Shown here one piece after another: positions 48,283-58,458 of a DNA stretch of 64,000 nucleotides; position 1 is the first letter of the stretch; each line of letters opens with the position of its first letter. The notes under the pieces are model-generated. The model did no database searches. It saw only the letters and a program-made list of their open reading frames with translations, and had not been told where the DNA came from. This DNA comes from a virus (Duplodnaviria > Caudoviricetes), in IMG/VR virus record IMGVR_UViG_3300043570_002364, positions 2,245 to 66,244 of that record. One strand, 5' to 3'. The translations under genes and the position numbers were made by a program.

Positions 48283-48305
48283 TTTTATTTATTTTAAGTT
48301 TTTAT

Positions 48306-50732
48306 TTATTGTTGTTGCATTTGTTGTTCCATCATCATTTGTTGCTCTTCTGGTGACATCTGTTCACCTTCTTGGCCTTGTTCTTGTCCCATATCTTGCT
48401 GTTGCATTTCAGCTTGTTGTTGCTGTTGCATTTGTTGCTGTTGCTGCATTAACGCTTGTTCTTGTTGTTGATTTTGAACAGTAATTGGAACTGTTACATT
48501 TTGTAACATACTCATAACTAATTGTTGCAATTCAGCCGGAACTGGTATATTTGCTTTTGCTAAATCAAAAACTCCTTGTAATATAATTTCTTTTTCTTTA
48601 GTTAATGATTTTTGTTGTTCTATAGCAGAATCAGCTTGCATTTTGGCTTGTATGCTTGCTTGTTGAGCTTCAGCGTTTTGTTGACTATTATTAGAAGCAT
48701 TTTCTTGCTCTGTTTTGATATATCTCTTTTGAGCTTGTCTAAAATATAATTCACCTAATTCTACATTTTCTTTAGCCATTCTCATTGCTTTAAATGGATC
48801 TAAATAAACCACAAATTGAGGATTTGATGCAATTGCATTGTTTATCATACCCTGCAAGTTTGCTAAATCATAATCAGTAGGTAACATTTTAATTGTAGCA
48901 AGAAAATTTCTATCTACAACATCTTGTTCATTTAATAGATTTCTATATCTTTTAGCACCATAAGTCACACTTTTATTTATTAAACATGCAACTTTTTTAG
49001 CTGTTTCTTCCATTACATATATATAAGCATCATACATATATTCAGTAGCATTATTAGCTAATTGCCTAGATGCTTGAATGTTAGAAGCTGAAACTCTTGG
49101 TTGCGCAGCCTGACTCATTAAATTAGGATCTTCACCTAATTCATCTTTTAATACTTGATAATGAAATTGGTATAATTGAATTAACGCATTTAATTGAGGC
49201 GCAAATCCTGTATTAGCTAATTCTGTAATTGGAACAGGTATTCTATTTCCCTCAGCATCTCTACCACGATAATAAAGTTTACCTGTTTGCTCCCATATTC
49301 TTTGAACATCTAAAGGTTTAACAGAATCGCCTAATCCTAAATCTAACTCTTGCATTGCATCAACATCTATAGCAGCACCTGCCGGCACCATCTTAGCTAC
49401 CAGTTGTTGAATTTTTAATCTTGATAAAATCATTTGTTCAATAGGCTCTTCAATTTTTTCAGGTACAGCTACATTACGCATGTCATAAGGATCATACATA
49501 TAAAAGCTATAAGAAAATTCTGCATTACCTATTTCTTTTGGATCTTGTGGGCGAATCATATTCTTTTTAATATCCCACTTAATCATCTTTTGAGTAACTG
49601 GACAATATACACCTTCGTATATATTCCACTTTTTCTCTTCTAAATATTGTTGATTATCGTCTAATTTTTCAGGTTTACCCTTTCTAATTATAGTGCTACC
49701 ATTTTTCTTAGTTTTAGTAACAGTATATCCATCAGAATCTAATGTCTTAATTTCAAATTGCATTAAATCAATATTCCATTCATCATAAGGTCTTAACCAA
49801 GCAACATTCCAATCTTGCATCCACTTAATCTTATCTGTTAATTGGTATTCTTTTGATGATTGAGCTAAAGCAAAAATATCTTCTTCACTTAAACTACCGC
49901 CATTTGCTTTACCATATCTTGCTCTTATTTCACTAATCTTCATTGATAAAATATGACCTCTATAAGTAGTATCTCTAAAATCAGGAAAATCAGAATAAGA
50001 ATAAATTGCATTTTCTGGACGAATCCATTGAACATGAACTTCACCTTCTTCATCCATCCAAGTATAAGTACATACTAATCCAACCTCTGCTGAATCGTGT
50101 AGCAACCTTTGCTTTAAAACATCATTCCATCCATTAGCCTCAAAAACATTATTACAAGTAATGCTATATAATATTTCTTCTGGTAAATGATTAAACTCCA
50201 TAATCCATTGATCTAATTCATCTTTATCTTCAGCTATAAATTGATCTTTGGGTATAATTGGAACGCCAGATGCTTGTTGTAAATAAGCAAGTGTTTCTTT
50301 ATTTTGATACATATACTCAGCTTCATCTGCTGCTCTTTGTTTCATCATTGATGAAGTTGTATCTGTTGCCGTAACTGTAACTTTTTCTTTTCTACTCATC
50401 CATGATCCAACTAATCTTGCAACAATTGTATTACCAATAATAATTGATTTCCAATTAATATTTACAAAGTTAGCTTTACTATTCATTTCCAAACGATCCA
50501 TAAACACACTCATGTCTATTTTACCATTTGCTATTTGTCTATTTTTTCTAAATCTATTATTTCTTAACCAAAAATAAGTTTGGTTTCCGTAAATTGTAGA
50601 ATAGATGCTTTGTGCAACATTTTTACCATATGTAAAATCTTTTTTAGATGCTACATCTGTAGTGATTTGAAACTTTTTTAAAGCTTGGCCATCACTATTT
50701 GCTGCCGATATTGATAAAGGACTATCTGCCAA
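48306..50732 (-). CDS. portal protein
   Basis: 808 aa after the terminase; QTGKLYYR...PITEL, Q-rich C-terminus; TTG start. Confidence 0.8.
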   Translation of the reverse strand: MADSPLSISAANSDGQALKKFQITTDVASKKDFTYGKNVAQSIYSTIYGNQTYFWLRNNRFRKNRQIANGKIDMSVFMDRLEMNSKANFVNINWKSIIIGNTIVARLVGSWMSRKEKVTVTATDTTSSMMKQRAADEAEYMYQNKETLAYLQQASGVPIIPKDQFIAEDKDELDQWIMEFNHLPEEILYSITCNNVFEANGWNDVLKQRLLHDSAEVGLVCTYTWMDEEGEVHVQWIRPENAIYSYSDFPDFRDTTYRGHILSMKISEIRARYGKANGGSLSEEDIFALAQSSKEYQLTDKIKWMQDWNVAWLRPYDEWNIDLMQFEIKTLDSDGYTVTKTKKNGSTIIRKGKPEKLDDNQQYLEEKKWNIYEGVYCPVTQKMIKWDIKKNMIRPQDPKEIGNAEFSYSFYMYDPYDMRNVAVPEKIEEPIEQMILSRLKIQQLVAKMVPAGAAIDVDAMQELDLGLGDSVKPLDVQRIWEQTGKLYYRGRDAEGNRIPVPITELANTGFAPQLNALIQLYQFHYQVLKDELGEDPNLMSQAAQPRVSASNIQASRQLANNATEYMYDAYIYVMEETAKKVACLINKSVTYGAKRYRNLLNEQDVVDRNFLATIKMLPTDYDLANLQGMINNAIASNPQFVVYLDPFKAMRMAKENVELGELYFRQAQKRYIKTEQENASNNSQQNAEAQQASIQAKMQADSAIEQQKSLTKEKEIILQGVFDLAKANIPVPAELQQLVMSMLQNVTVPITVQNQQQEQALMQQQQQMQQQQQAEMQQQDMGQEQGQEGEQMSPEEQQMMMEQQMQQQ

Positions 50733-50751
50733 TTTGATTGTATTTTATTGC

Positions 50752-50759
50752 CAAATATA
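50752..50759 (-). promoter_or_regulatory. -7 promoter box (TATATTTG) for the head genes
   Basis: CAAATATA on + strand about 20 nt upstream of the portal start. Confidence 0.55.
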
Positions 50760-50790
50760 CTAAATATTAAGAATTTAGTAAAATTTTTAA

Positions 50791-52839
50791 TTAATTGAAC
50801 ATTGGAACATAACTTTTAACAAGTGGTTCTCTTTTAATTTGCTTCTGAATTGGCTCCATTAAACAAACGATTAACATTAAAAATGATACCGTAATGTCAT
50901 AATCTGTTCTATTATTTGGATCAAATTTTTTAGCATCTTCAAGTAAATTTTCAAAATCTATAGAATCTATGTGAGATTCAAAATACATAATTCCCACATC
51001 AGCTTGTTTTGTTAAACTAAATGGAGTTGTTGGGAACCCTTTATGCCTATCTGCTGTTTCTCTTTTTGATGGATCTATGGTTGAAATTGGGTATGAACCA
51101 AGATAACCAACTCTACCCCTATCTCTAAAATAGGATAAATAATCATCACTATTATGCTCATACCATGCTTGATAACCGTAAAATTCAGCAGCTAAAAGCA
51201 CTTGTTCATGCAATGTTTCTTTAACTTGTGGCCTACCGTATAGATGACCTATAGCCTTACCGGTTTGCTCTGGATTTAATAAATCATACCTTCTACCTAT
51301 CCAAGCTGAAGCTTTTGATCCATATTTACCCCCCTGACTATTACTATAGCCGTCAATTGCTATTGCACCATCTGAAACTCTTCCTGGCTTTCTAGTTTTT
51401 ACATCAAATGTGTGTTTATTTTCTTCTCCAGGATTTGGAAATTGTGTAATTACCCAATGAAAATCGTCTTCTTTATCATTAATATTTCTCCACCTAACTA
51501 TTTGATCTATATCTCTATAGAACATAATGTGCCTTTTTAAAACAGGGTTTTCTTTTAAATATTGCTCTCTAGCCCCAATATTAATTACATTAAATATACA
51601 CTTGTCAGAATCTGTGCTAAATGCCTCATCTATAGTTAATGGTTCTTTTCTAACACGAGCAGATAGGGCTCTTGAGTTATTCTTAACTGTTTCCCTATCA
51701 GCTAAAATCATATCTAAAGTCTTATTTTCATCAGGGAAACCAAAGTCATCAAAGTTTCTTGTACGTTTTGCAGACATGAAAAATCTATAAAGTCCACTTG
51801 ATGTTGTACCGTTTTCTTGTCTTTTATCTTGATTACTTTCCTCCCATAATAATTTAAAAGCGTCTTGAACACCATCTTTTTCGGTAGTTAATTTCTCTAC
51901 TGTTGTGGTATATAAGGCTTTACCAATAATTTTACCCTCATCATCTAACAAACAATAACGTACAACCTCGTGCCTATCATATACATTTACTTCTGTTGTC
52001 TTACCACACTCGTCAGCAACATATCTATGTAATTTTTGTCCATCATAAGCAACTGTATCTGCTGATTGATGGTCAATAATTGATCCTAATTCATCTTTAT
52101 CTACGCTATCCTCTGCTTTTCTGCCTCTTACATTTGTTTTTTGGAATCTCATTTCAGTCTTAGGATTAACACCCAAAGACATATCATATTCTGGTCTAAA
52201 AAACTTAGGAAGCCTTCTAAATGGATTTACCACAGTTTTAGCAAAGAATTTTTTAGCATCAGATCCAGTTTTAGACTGAATCCCACCGTTTGTCATCTTA
52301 GTTCTAGTAATATATTCGGAAACAAATAACCCAGCAACAAATGACTTACCAAAACGCCTTTTAGTTACTTCTAACATCCCCATACATAATGGATCTTGGA
52401 TGCAATAGTCCATAAAATAGAATTTTTCTAAATCTGGCATCCTAAATTTAGGATAACCAATATCTATAGGCCACCATTGTAAATATAAATAATGCAATCC
52501 TGTTAAAAATGTAGGAGTACCATTATTCATATACCAAAATCCATTTAATCTTCTATCCCACTCTTGTTTTTTATAATCTTCTAATCTTTCGTCATAAAAC
52601 TCTATTTCATCATCTTTTTTCTTTTTATCAAATTCATCCCATTTCTTCATTGTATCTTGGTACCAATCTGGTAACATTATTCTTTTCCAATATTGTTCTA
52701 ATTCAATTTCAGATCTTTTATATACTCCCCTAAATTCTACTTGTTTTGTAATTATATTAAATACATATCCTTCAGGAGGTAAATTGCAAAGCAACCCCTG
52801 TATATTTACGACACTACCACCTTCAATTTTATCGTACAT
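50791..52839 (-). CDS. terL: terminase large subunit
   Basis: Walker A KRRFGKS, Walker B YVADECGK, coupling motif YTTT, nuclease AIDGY and RTDYDITVS. Confidence 0.9.
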   Translation of the reverse strand: MYDKIEGGSVVNIQGLLCNLPPEGYVFNIITKQVEFRGVYKRSEIELEQYWKRIMLPDWYQDTMKKWDEFDKKKKDDEIEFYDERLEDYKKQEWDRRLNGFWYMNNGTPTFLTGLHYLYLQWWPIDIGYPKFRMPDLEKFYFMDYCIQDPLCMGMLEVTKRRFGKSFVAGLFVSEYITRTKMTNGGIQSKTGSDAKKFFAKTVVNPFRRLPKFFRPEYDMSLGVNPKTEMRFQKTNVRGRKAEDSVDKDELGSIIDHQSADTVAYDGQKLHRYVADECGKTTEVNVYDRHEVVRYCLLDDEGKIIGKALYTTTVEKLTTEKDGVQDAFKLLWEESNQDKRQENGTTSSGLYRFFMSAKRTRNFDDFGFPDENKTLDMILADRETVKNNSRALSARVRKEPLTIDEAFSTDSDKCIFNVINIGAREQYLKENPVLKRHIMFYRDIDQIVRWRNINDKEDDFHWVITQFPNPGEENKHTFDVKTRKPGRVSDGAIAIDGYSNSQGGKYGSKASAWIGRRYDLLNPEQTGKAIGHLYGRPQVKETLHEQVLLAAEFYGYQAWYEHNSDDYLSYFRDRGRVGYLGSYPISTIDPSKRETADRHKGFPTTPFSLTKQADVGIMYFESHIDSIDFENLLEDAKKFDPNNRTDYDITVSFLMLIVCLMEPIQKQIKREPLVKSYVPMFN

Positions 52840-52841
52840 AA

Positions 52842-53228
52842 TTAATATCTTTTACCAGCTAATTCACCAACGGCATCAGCCATATTCTCTGGTGAAAATG
52901 GTTTTTTAACTTGAGCAGTTTCTTTTTTTTCTTCTTTTAAATCCACACCTATTCCTGCAATAACGCCAAGTGATTTAATTGCAGTTGATACCCCTTCTGC
53001 ATCTGTCCAAATTTTTTGCAATCTATCAAATGTCTTATCTTTTGGATCTTCTATCATTGTGCTAGTTAATTTGTTATCATTTAACAAATCAGCCATTTCA
53101 TTAGCTTTCCTTTGTAAGCTATAATATAATTTACCAACCCCATCTTGCTCATAATAATTATTTTTACTTTGCAAAATTGCTATTTGTTTCTCTAAATCTT
53201 TTATTTTAGCCTCTAATTCTGTTGACAT
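52842..53228 (-). CDS. putative terminase small subunit
   Basis: 128-aa helical protein immediately upstream of terL; positional inference. Confidence 0.45.
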   Translation of the reverse strand: MSTELEAKIKDLEKQIAILQSKNNYYEQDGVGKLYYSLQRKANEMADLLNDNKLTSTMIEDPKDKTFDRLQKIWTDAEGVSTAIKSLGVIAGIGVDLKEEKKETAQVKKPFSPENMADAVGELAGKRY

Positions 53229-53893
53229 TAAATTAATTTTTTAGCATCTGAAGTATTATAACCAACCAATAATTCGCCATTTTTAACTTTATTAGTAAAT
53301 TCATGCTCAATTGAAATTACCTCATTTCTATCATTACCTTCTGGATAATATCTTAATCTTATAATTTTACCCTCAGTGCCATCGTCATCTTGATAAATAA
53401 TCTCGTAATCGCTAGATATTACTGTTCCAACTACATTCCCTTCTAATTCTCCACTTGTAACATAAATTTTATTTTTAACCAATGCCGGCTCAACCCCCTC
53501 TAAAAAACCAGTATATGGTTCAAATATCCTTAAACCCGTAATAAAATTATTTAAAGCGTTCCACGTGGAACCTTTTTTATCTCTCCACATAAAACACTCT
53601 TCAATTGGTATTGAAAAATATTGCATATCAGAAGATGCTTCTGCTGTAGGTCTTTGGTAATTAAAAATCTTATAAGTATCATGAGTAGCATTATGATGTA
53701 TTAAAATTTCAGAACCAACTGGTATGTCTTTGGCATTTACCACTTCCGCATTAACAGGCTTAACATAACGCATATTAAAATTATCATATACCCTTTCTAA
53801 CTTAATTTTTGTGCCATCCTTAAATGTATGGCTATTTTTACTTTCTAAATCAACCTTAATGATTACTCTATTACTTGGAGCTTTCAATTTCAT
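53228..53893 (-). CDS. GroES-like (tandem Cpn10-fold) protein
   Basis: LKAPSNRVIIKV...AEVV....IPVGSEILIHHN; similar to GroES-like genes upstream of the terminase in crAss-like phages. Confidence 0.5.
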   Translation of the reverse strand: MKLKAPSNRVIIKVDLESKNSHTFKDGTKIKLERVYDNFNMRYVKPVNAEVVNAKDIPVGSEILIHHNATHDTYKIFNYQRPTAEASSDMQYFSIPIEECFMWRDKKGSTWNALNNFITGLRIFEPYTGFLEGVEPALVKNKIYVTSGELEGNVVGTVISSDYEIIYQDDDGTEGKIIRLRYYPEGNDRNEVISIEHEFTNKVKNGELLVGYNTSDAKKLI

Positions 53894-54014
53894 AATTTAA
53901 TTAATTTAATTCAAAGGTAATGATTTTATTAACTTAATCAATTTTAAATTCAATAAAATATCGTATATTTGTATTGCCCAAAAAAAAATTTATAACAAAA
54001 AAAACAATTAAAAA
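53894..54014. promoter_or_regulatory. divergent promoter region
   Basis: TACCTTTG on - (CAAAGGTA 53912-53919) and TATATTTG on + (53964-53971). Confidence 0.6.
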
Positions 54015-54377
54015 ATGGCAAATCATTTATCAGTTTATGTTTATCGTAGAAACCAATACGATTTAACAAACCCTAACGGAACCCCTGCAACTAGCGGTGT
54101 GTTATTTTCTTTACCAACTTTTGGTTTACAAGTTCAACCAACTACTGTAGTAGCAAATGGCGTACAAATGAACTCATTAATTCTTATGTACCCAAGCGGC
54201 CTTAATCAACCAGCTGAAAAGCTATACAGCAATGCAACAGTTGCTGGCTTGATTTCAGCTATTAATGGAGGCGGTATTGCTACAACCACAACCACAACCA
54301 CAACCACAACCACAGCAGCTCCAACCACAACAACAACAACAGCAGCTCCAACCACAACCACAACAACAGCAGCTTAA
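54015..54377 (+). CDS. putative virion protein with long mucin-like tail (paralog A)
   Basis: RNQY.L.NPNGTPATSG shared with the next gene; ends T11-AAP-T6-AAP-T6-AA. Confidence 0.65.
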   Translation: MANHLSVYVYRRNQYDLTNPNGTPATSGVLFSLPTFGLQVQPTTVVANGVQMNSLILMYPSGLNQPAEKLYSNATVAGLISAINGGGIATTTTTTTTTTTAAPTTTTTTAAPTTTTTTAA

Positions 54378-54413
54378 TTAAAAAAATTTAAAAACAATCA
54401 AAAATATTAAAAA

Positions 54414-54677
54414 ATGGCAAATATAGTATCAATTACAGCATATCAAAGAAACCAATATGCTTTATTAAATCCTAATGGAACCCCCGCAACTTCTGGTATT
54501 GCATACGGATTCCCAGTAAACACAATTGCAGCTTACCCAGCTCCGACTGGTACGGTAGCAAACGGAGTAACTATGAACTCAATAGTTGAAGTAGCTCCGA
54601 CTGGTTTAAACCAAGTACCCGTATTATTTTATACGACTTCTACTGTAACTCAAATTAATGCAGCAGCAAACGCTTAA
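54414..54677 (+). CDS. putative virion protein without Thr tail (paralog B)
   Basis: Clear paralog of 54015..54377 (VANGV.MNS, P.GLNQ). Confidence 0.65.
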   Translation: MANIVSITAYQRNQYALLNPNGTPATSGIAYGFPVNTIAAYPAPTGTVANGVTMNSIVEVAPTGLNQVPVLFYTTSTVTQINAAANA

Positions 54678-54697
54678 TCTTAAAAAGATTTAAAATT

Positions 54698-54724
54698 AGC
54701 CCCTTTTTAACGAGGGGCTTTTTT
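54698..54724 (+). terminator. intrinsic terminator
   Basis: AGCCCCT...AGGGGCT stem followed by TTTTT. Confidence 0.75.
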
Positions 54725-54854
54725 ATTTTCTTTATAAACCGATTTAAGGTTTTTATAAATTCTTTCAACATCATCAATAGTTTTACCGGCACCTGCTGCT
54801 AATACTACAGATAACCTTCTTAGTTTCTTTGCGGCTTTGTTATTCATAATTTAT

Positions 54855-54977
54855 TTATTTACCTTGTCCCCTATATGCTTTTGGTCGGGGGCTGTGCTTG
54901 TTATAAGTTTTTTTTGCACTACCAGTCTTTCTTTTACCAAAAGTAATTTTTCTGGAGTCTGATTTTACTTTAGCCAT
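54855..54977 (-). CDS. small very basic protein (40 aa, not in ORF track)
   Basis: MAKVKSDSRKITFGKRKTGSAKKTYNKHSPRPKAYRGQGK. Confidence 0.6.
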   Translation of the reverse strand: MAKVKSDSRKITFGKRKTGSAKKTYNKHSPRPKAYRGQGK

Positions 54978-54978
54978 T

Positions 54979-55251
54979 TTATTCGTTATTTAGGATTAAT
55001 TGGTACGAATATAAGCCATTTTCTAAATATTTTTTATTCAAAATATGACTTCCGAACCTTTCTTTCCTAAAATCTCTTAATCCGGCTGAAACAGAAGCTT
55101 CTGGAATATTGGTTATATGGGATATTTCACTCAAAGTTCTATACACCCTATCACTCATTAAGTCTTTTAATTTCAAGTGGTTTTTGGCTAACCTTTTACC
55201 ATCTCGCTCATGTATGTAATCAGATCCGTCAAATACTAATTCTTGTTGCAT
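54979..55251 (-). CDS. winged-HTH DNA-binding protein
   Basis: RTLSEISHITNIPEASVSAGLRDFRKERFG. Confidence 0.65.
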   Translation of the reverse strand: MQQELVFDGSDYIHERDGKRLAKNHLKLKDLMSDRVYRTLSEISHITNIPEASVSAGLRDFRKERFGSHILNKKYLENGLYSYQLILNNE

Positions 55252-55255
55252 AGCA

Positions 55256-55480
55256 TTATTTTTTGTTTTTAAAATAATCTAAATTTAATTGTCCACCATC
55301 CATGTAATTTGGGTGTACGAGTATGTCATCATCGTAAAAGTTTCTGACCATACCACTGTCGTATAATATGACTTTCCAAACAGTGTTGGTTTGGCTTCCG
55401 TAGTCAATCCAGGCAATTGCTTTTCCATATCCTAATGGTGTTTCAACGTCAATAATAGTTGTTAATTCGTGAATATACAT
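55256..55480 (-). CDS. hypothetical protein
   Basis: VETPLGYGKAIAWIDYG, 74 aa. Confidence 0.6.
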   Translation of the reverse strand: MYIHELTTIIDVETPLGYGKAIAWIDYGSQTNTVWKVILYDSGMVRNFYDDDILVHPNYMDGGQLNLDYFKNKK

Positions 55481-55818
55481 TATAATAAGTTTTCATCTTT
55501 TGAACTTGATAATAACTGAATACTTGTTACTCTTGAATGTAATTGAGCAACGGTTTCCTTAGTTTTATCGTTTAAATAAGTTTTAGCTTCTGGCTTTCCT
55601 TCCATGTAAATCAAAGTCCCTTTTTTAAGATAGTTTGATACATTTAATTTGTCCGTCCAATAAGCGCAAGACACCCATGTAGTTTTATCTACATCTTCGC
55701 CTTGTTGATTTTTAAATTTTTCACTGTAAGCCATTGAGAAATTAATCACTGTTTTACCATTCACTGTGTTTACTACTGCATCTTGTCCTAATCTTCCGAT
55801 TACGCTAATTCTAATCAT
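55480..55818 (-). CDS. ssb: single-stranded DNA-binding protein
   Basis: IGRLGQDA...NFSMA...TTWVSC..W....YLKKGTLIYMEG. Confidence 0.9.
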   Translation of the reverse strand: MIRISVIGRLGQDAVVNTVNGKTVINFSMAYSEKFKNQQGEDVDKTTWVSCAYWTDKLNVSNYLKKGTLIYMEGKPEAKTYLNDKTKETVAQLHSRVTSIQLLSSSKDENLL

Positions 55819-55839
55819 TGTTTTTTGTTTTTATTATTA

Positions 55840-57702
55840 TTAAAATATTACTTCTTCTCCATTTTCATCTTTGTATGGAAGCCATGATTGATTTGCTTCT
55901 TGTCTTTTCCAAAAATCCATTTTTTTAGTGTTTAATAATTCTTGTAAAATATCTCTACCTTCTACAAAAAATCTTCTTCTATCCCATACATAATCAAGCA
56001 TCATAAATCCTTTTCTACCAACACTCTTTTTCTTAATTTTCTTTGAATGAAATTCTGCTAAAGGATTACTTGGATCTGTTTGTGCAAATGGTCTATGATA
56101 AACTAATATATTGTCCATTTTATTTGACCACATGGCACCATCGTTAACATCAAATACATCAGGACATTTATAATTACCGGATCTATCTCTTTCCATTAAT
56201 TTAGGATGTGCAATAATCCAAAAATAAACATCATTTTTTCTAGCAAATCTTGAAAAGTCTGCTAATAATGTTTCAAGGTATTTATCTGTTCTACCACCAT
56301 AACCCTTATAATCATTTGTCATCTGGTTAAATGGATCTATACAACAAAAATCAACTTTTTCTTGAACTATTAATTCTAAAAATTTTTCTTTGATATATTG
56401 CGGTGTTGGTGATAACATTTCAGCACTAATGTAAAAAATATGCTTAGATACAAAATCATATGCTGCTTCATAAATATCATCGGAAGGTCTATTAGGATTA
56501 TATGGCGTACACTCACAACCTAAAAGCATTTCAACATAATCGTGGAAATATTCTTCAGCTGGTACATCCTCTGGTGAAAATGTAGCAACCTTCTCTCCAA
56601 ACATAACCATTCTCATAAGTAATTGAGCTTTCTGCCATGCTGTTTTACCGTAGTTACCAATACCGGTAAGTAATGTAATTTCACCTCTTTTTGGTTTAAA
56701 AAGATAATCTAATTGCTGTATTCCAAATCCTAAAACTTTATCAAATCCCTTCTGATTGATATACAATGCTCTATCTTTTACATCAATTCCATATACCACA
56801 TCTTCAACTCTGTAACTCTCTCCCACCTCTTCGGTAAATTCTTTTTTAACATCAATTTCGTAATTGGTGGTTTTACTTACAAGCTTCTCCTTTTGAATTG
56901 AAGCAGTACCAAAATTATTCTTATTTGCTCTATATCCACTCTTAACAGCACTCCTCATTTCAGACATTGTAAAATCATTGCTAACAGTGTATTCTGTAGA
57001 TATTAAACCTAATGCTGATTCTTCTCCAATACCAAATCTACAACAAGCAGATGCTAATTTAAAAATATATGTATTTCTTTCTCCAGTTACAAAAGCATCA
57101 TTTTTGTTAGTTAACCATTTTAAAATTCTACGAAAATTTTCATTATCATCTAAATTTTCCGTTTCAGATACTACTACTTTTTCAACCTTCTTCGCCTTTG
57201 TAAATACTTCAGCATTTTCGTTTATGTAAATATCTGGATCAAAACTTTCGTAACAAACCCTGCTTACATTAATCCCACTTCTATCAATTTCAGGAAAAAT
57301 ATCCTGTAAAGATTGAAAATGTTCTCTATGTTTTTTACCATCAGCAACTTTAACCAAAGCTTTTAATCCATTACCGGAAGGACTTACCCAACACGAATAG
57401 ATAAAACTATTAGAAATGATTTCGGTTTGCTTATCCCTTAAATCAGAAATATCATCAAAATCAAGAACAATAAACCCACTATGTTCAATAAGTTGTTCAT
57501 CTTTCCTGTCTTGGCCAAATTTACCACTAAAGCAAATTGATGGTAGGTTAAGTTTAAGCTTATTTGCTTTTTCCTTGTCCAAAGCCAATCTAATATCCAG
57601 AACTAGTTGCTTACTTGCACCTAATTTAATCCTTTCAAGAGCCTTTTCTACAGTTATAAAATGAGGCTCTTTGCTAAAAATATTTTTAAAAATTGTTATC
57701 AT
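55840..57702 (-). CDS. primase-helicase (VirE-N/BT4734-like + PriCT + SF4 helicase)
   Basis: LPSICFSG, HSGFIVLDFD, VSPSGNGLK, GERN, Walker A GIGNYGKT, IDPFN, IIAHP. Confidence 0.85.
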   Translation of the reverse strand: MITIFKNIFSKEPHFITVEKALERIKLGASKQLVLDIRLALDKEKANKLKLNLPSICFSGKFGQDRKDEQLIEHSGFIVLDFDDISDLRDKQTEIISNSFIYSCWVSPSGNGLKALVKVADGKKHREHFQSLQDIFPEIDRSGINVSRVCYESFDPDIYINENAEVFTKAKKVEKVVVSETENLDDNENFRRILKWLTNKNDAFVTGERNTYIFKLASACCRFGIGEESALGLISTEYTVSNDFTMSEMRSAVKSGYRANKNNFGTASIQKEKLVSKTTNYEIDVKKEFTEEVGESYRVEDVVYGIDVKDRALYINQKGFDKVLGFGIQQLDYLFKPKRGEITLLTGIGNYGKTAWQKAQLLMRMVMFGEKVATFSPEDVPAEEYFHDYVEMLLGCECTPYNPNRPSDDIYEAAYDFVSKHIFYISAEMLSPTPQYIKEKFLELIVQEKVDFCCIDPFNQMTNDYKGYGGRTDKYLETLLADFSRFARKNDVYFWIIAHPKLMERDRSGNYKCPDVFDVNDGAMWSNKMDNILVYHRPFAQTDPSNPLAEFHSKKIKKKSVGRKGFMMLDYVWDRRRFFVEGRDILQELLNTKKMDFWKRQEANQSWLPYKDENGEEVIF

Positions 57703-58448
57703 TATTCAGAAATTGGTTTATAAGCCCTTCTAGCGGCCTCTAATTGTTGTTGATAAGGGTTATTACTATTTTGCTGAGAAAGTGTCTTATTTGGCTTATT
57801 TACAGCCTCTAGCACCCATCTACGTATTGTTAGGTAATCCGATTTTGTAGTATAAGACTTTTCAATCTTATATGATGATAAAAATTCATAAGCTTTATCA
57901 ATCGTGTCTTTACCAAATTCAGAAACAAGCTTTTGGTTCTCATTTTCAGTTAAAGAAATATTATCCTTAAACTTTAGTTTAATTTCTTTTACTTTACTTT
58001 CTTTTACTTTACTTTGCGGCATTTCTGGAGCAGAAACTCCGTCAGTTACCGTATTAACAGAAGCAAATTTACCGTTTACGCGGAGTTGTTTCTTACTTTT
58101 ATCTTTATTTGTTCCTCTTTTTTCATATACTGGTTTTAATCTTTCATCAAGTGATTCTGAGTTAATAAAGTCGTTATTATTAAATAACATATCCAGTTTG
58201 ATGCAGTAATCCACCACATCCCGTATTTCTGTAGCAGAAACTCCAAAGTCACCAGCCATTAGTTCAAATTCTACATCTGAATATTCAAATACATTACCAT
58301 CAATACCGGTTAAATATTCTAAAGTCATTGACCAAATAGCATAACCTATAGGCCCAAACTTTGTACGAATGGCTTTAACCTTTCTATGGTTTCTCATATC
58401 CCTATCATGAGGGAAGTAATCGCAATAATTCTTTTTAGGGCGAGCCAT
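57702..58448 (-). CDS. replication initiator (DUF4373/Lin1244-like N-terminus)
   Basis: MARP....DYFPHD......KV.....KFG..GYAI; SKVKESKVKE linker typical of phage replisome organizers. Confidence 0.75.
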   Translation of the reverse strand: MARPKKNYCDYFPHDRDMRNHRKVKAIRTKFGPIGYAIWSMTLEYLTGIDGNVFEYSDVEFELMAGDFGVSATEIRDVVDYCIKLDMLFNNNDFINSESLDERLKPVYEKRGTNKDKSKKQLRVNGKFASVNTVTDGVSAPEMPQSKVKESKVKEIKLKFKDNISLTENENQKLVSEFGKDTIDKAYEFLSSYKIEKSYTTKSDYLTIRRWVLEAVNKPNKTLSQQNSNNPYQQQLEAARRAYKPISE

Positions 58449-58458
58449 TGTGTTATAA

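Noticed and set aside
48306-48480. Poly-Gln stretch at the portal C-terminus
   Set aside because: Q-rich disordered tails are common in podovirus portals, so it is not treated as novel.
57980-58016. ACTTT-type short repeats in the initiator gene as origin iterons
   Set aside because: They are fully explained by the SKVKESKVKE linker typical of these proteins; an origin role is possible but unsupported here.
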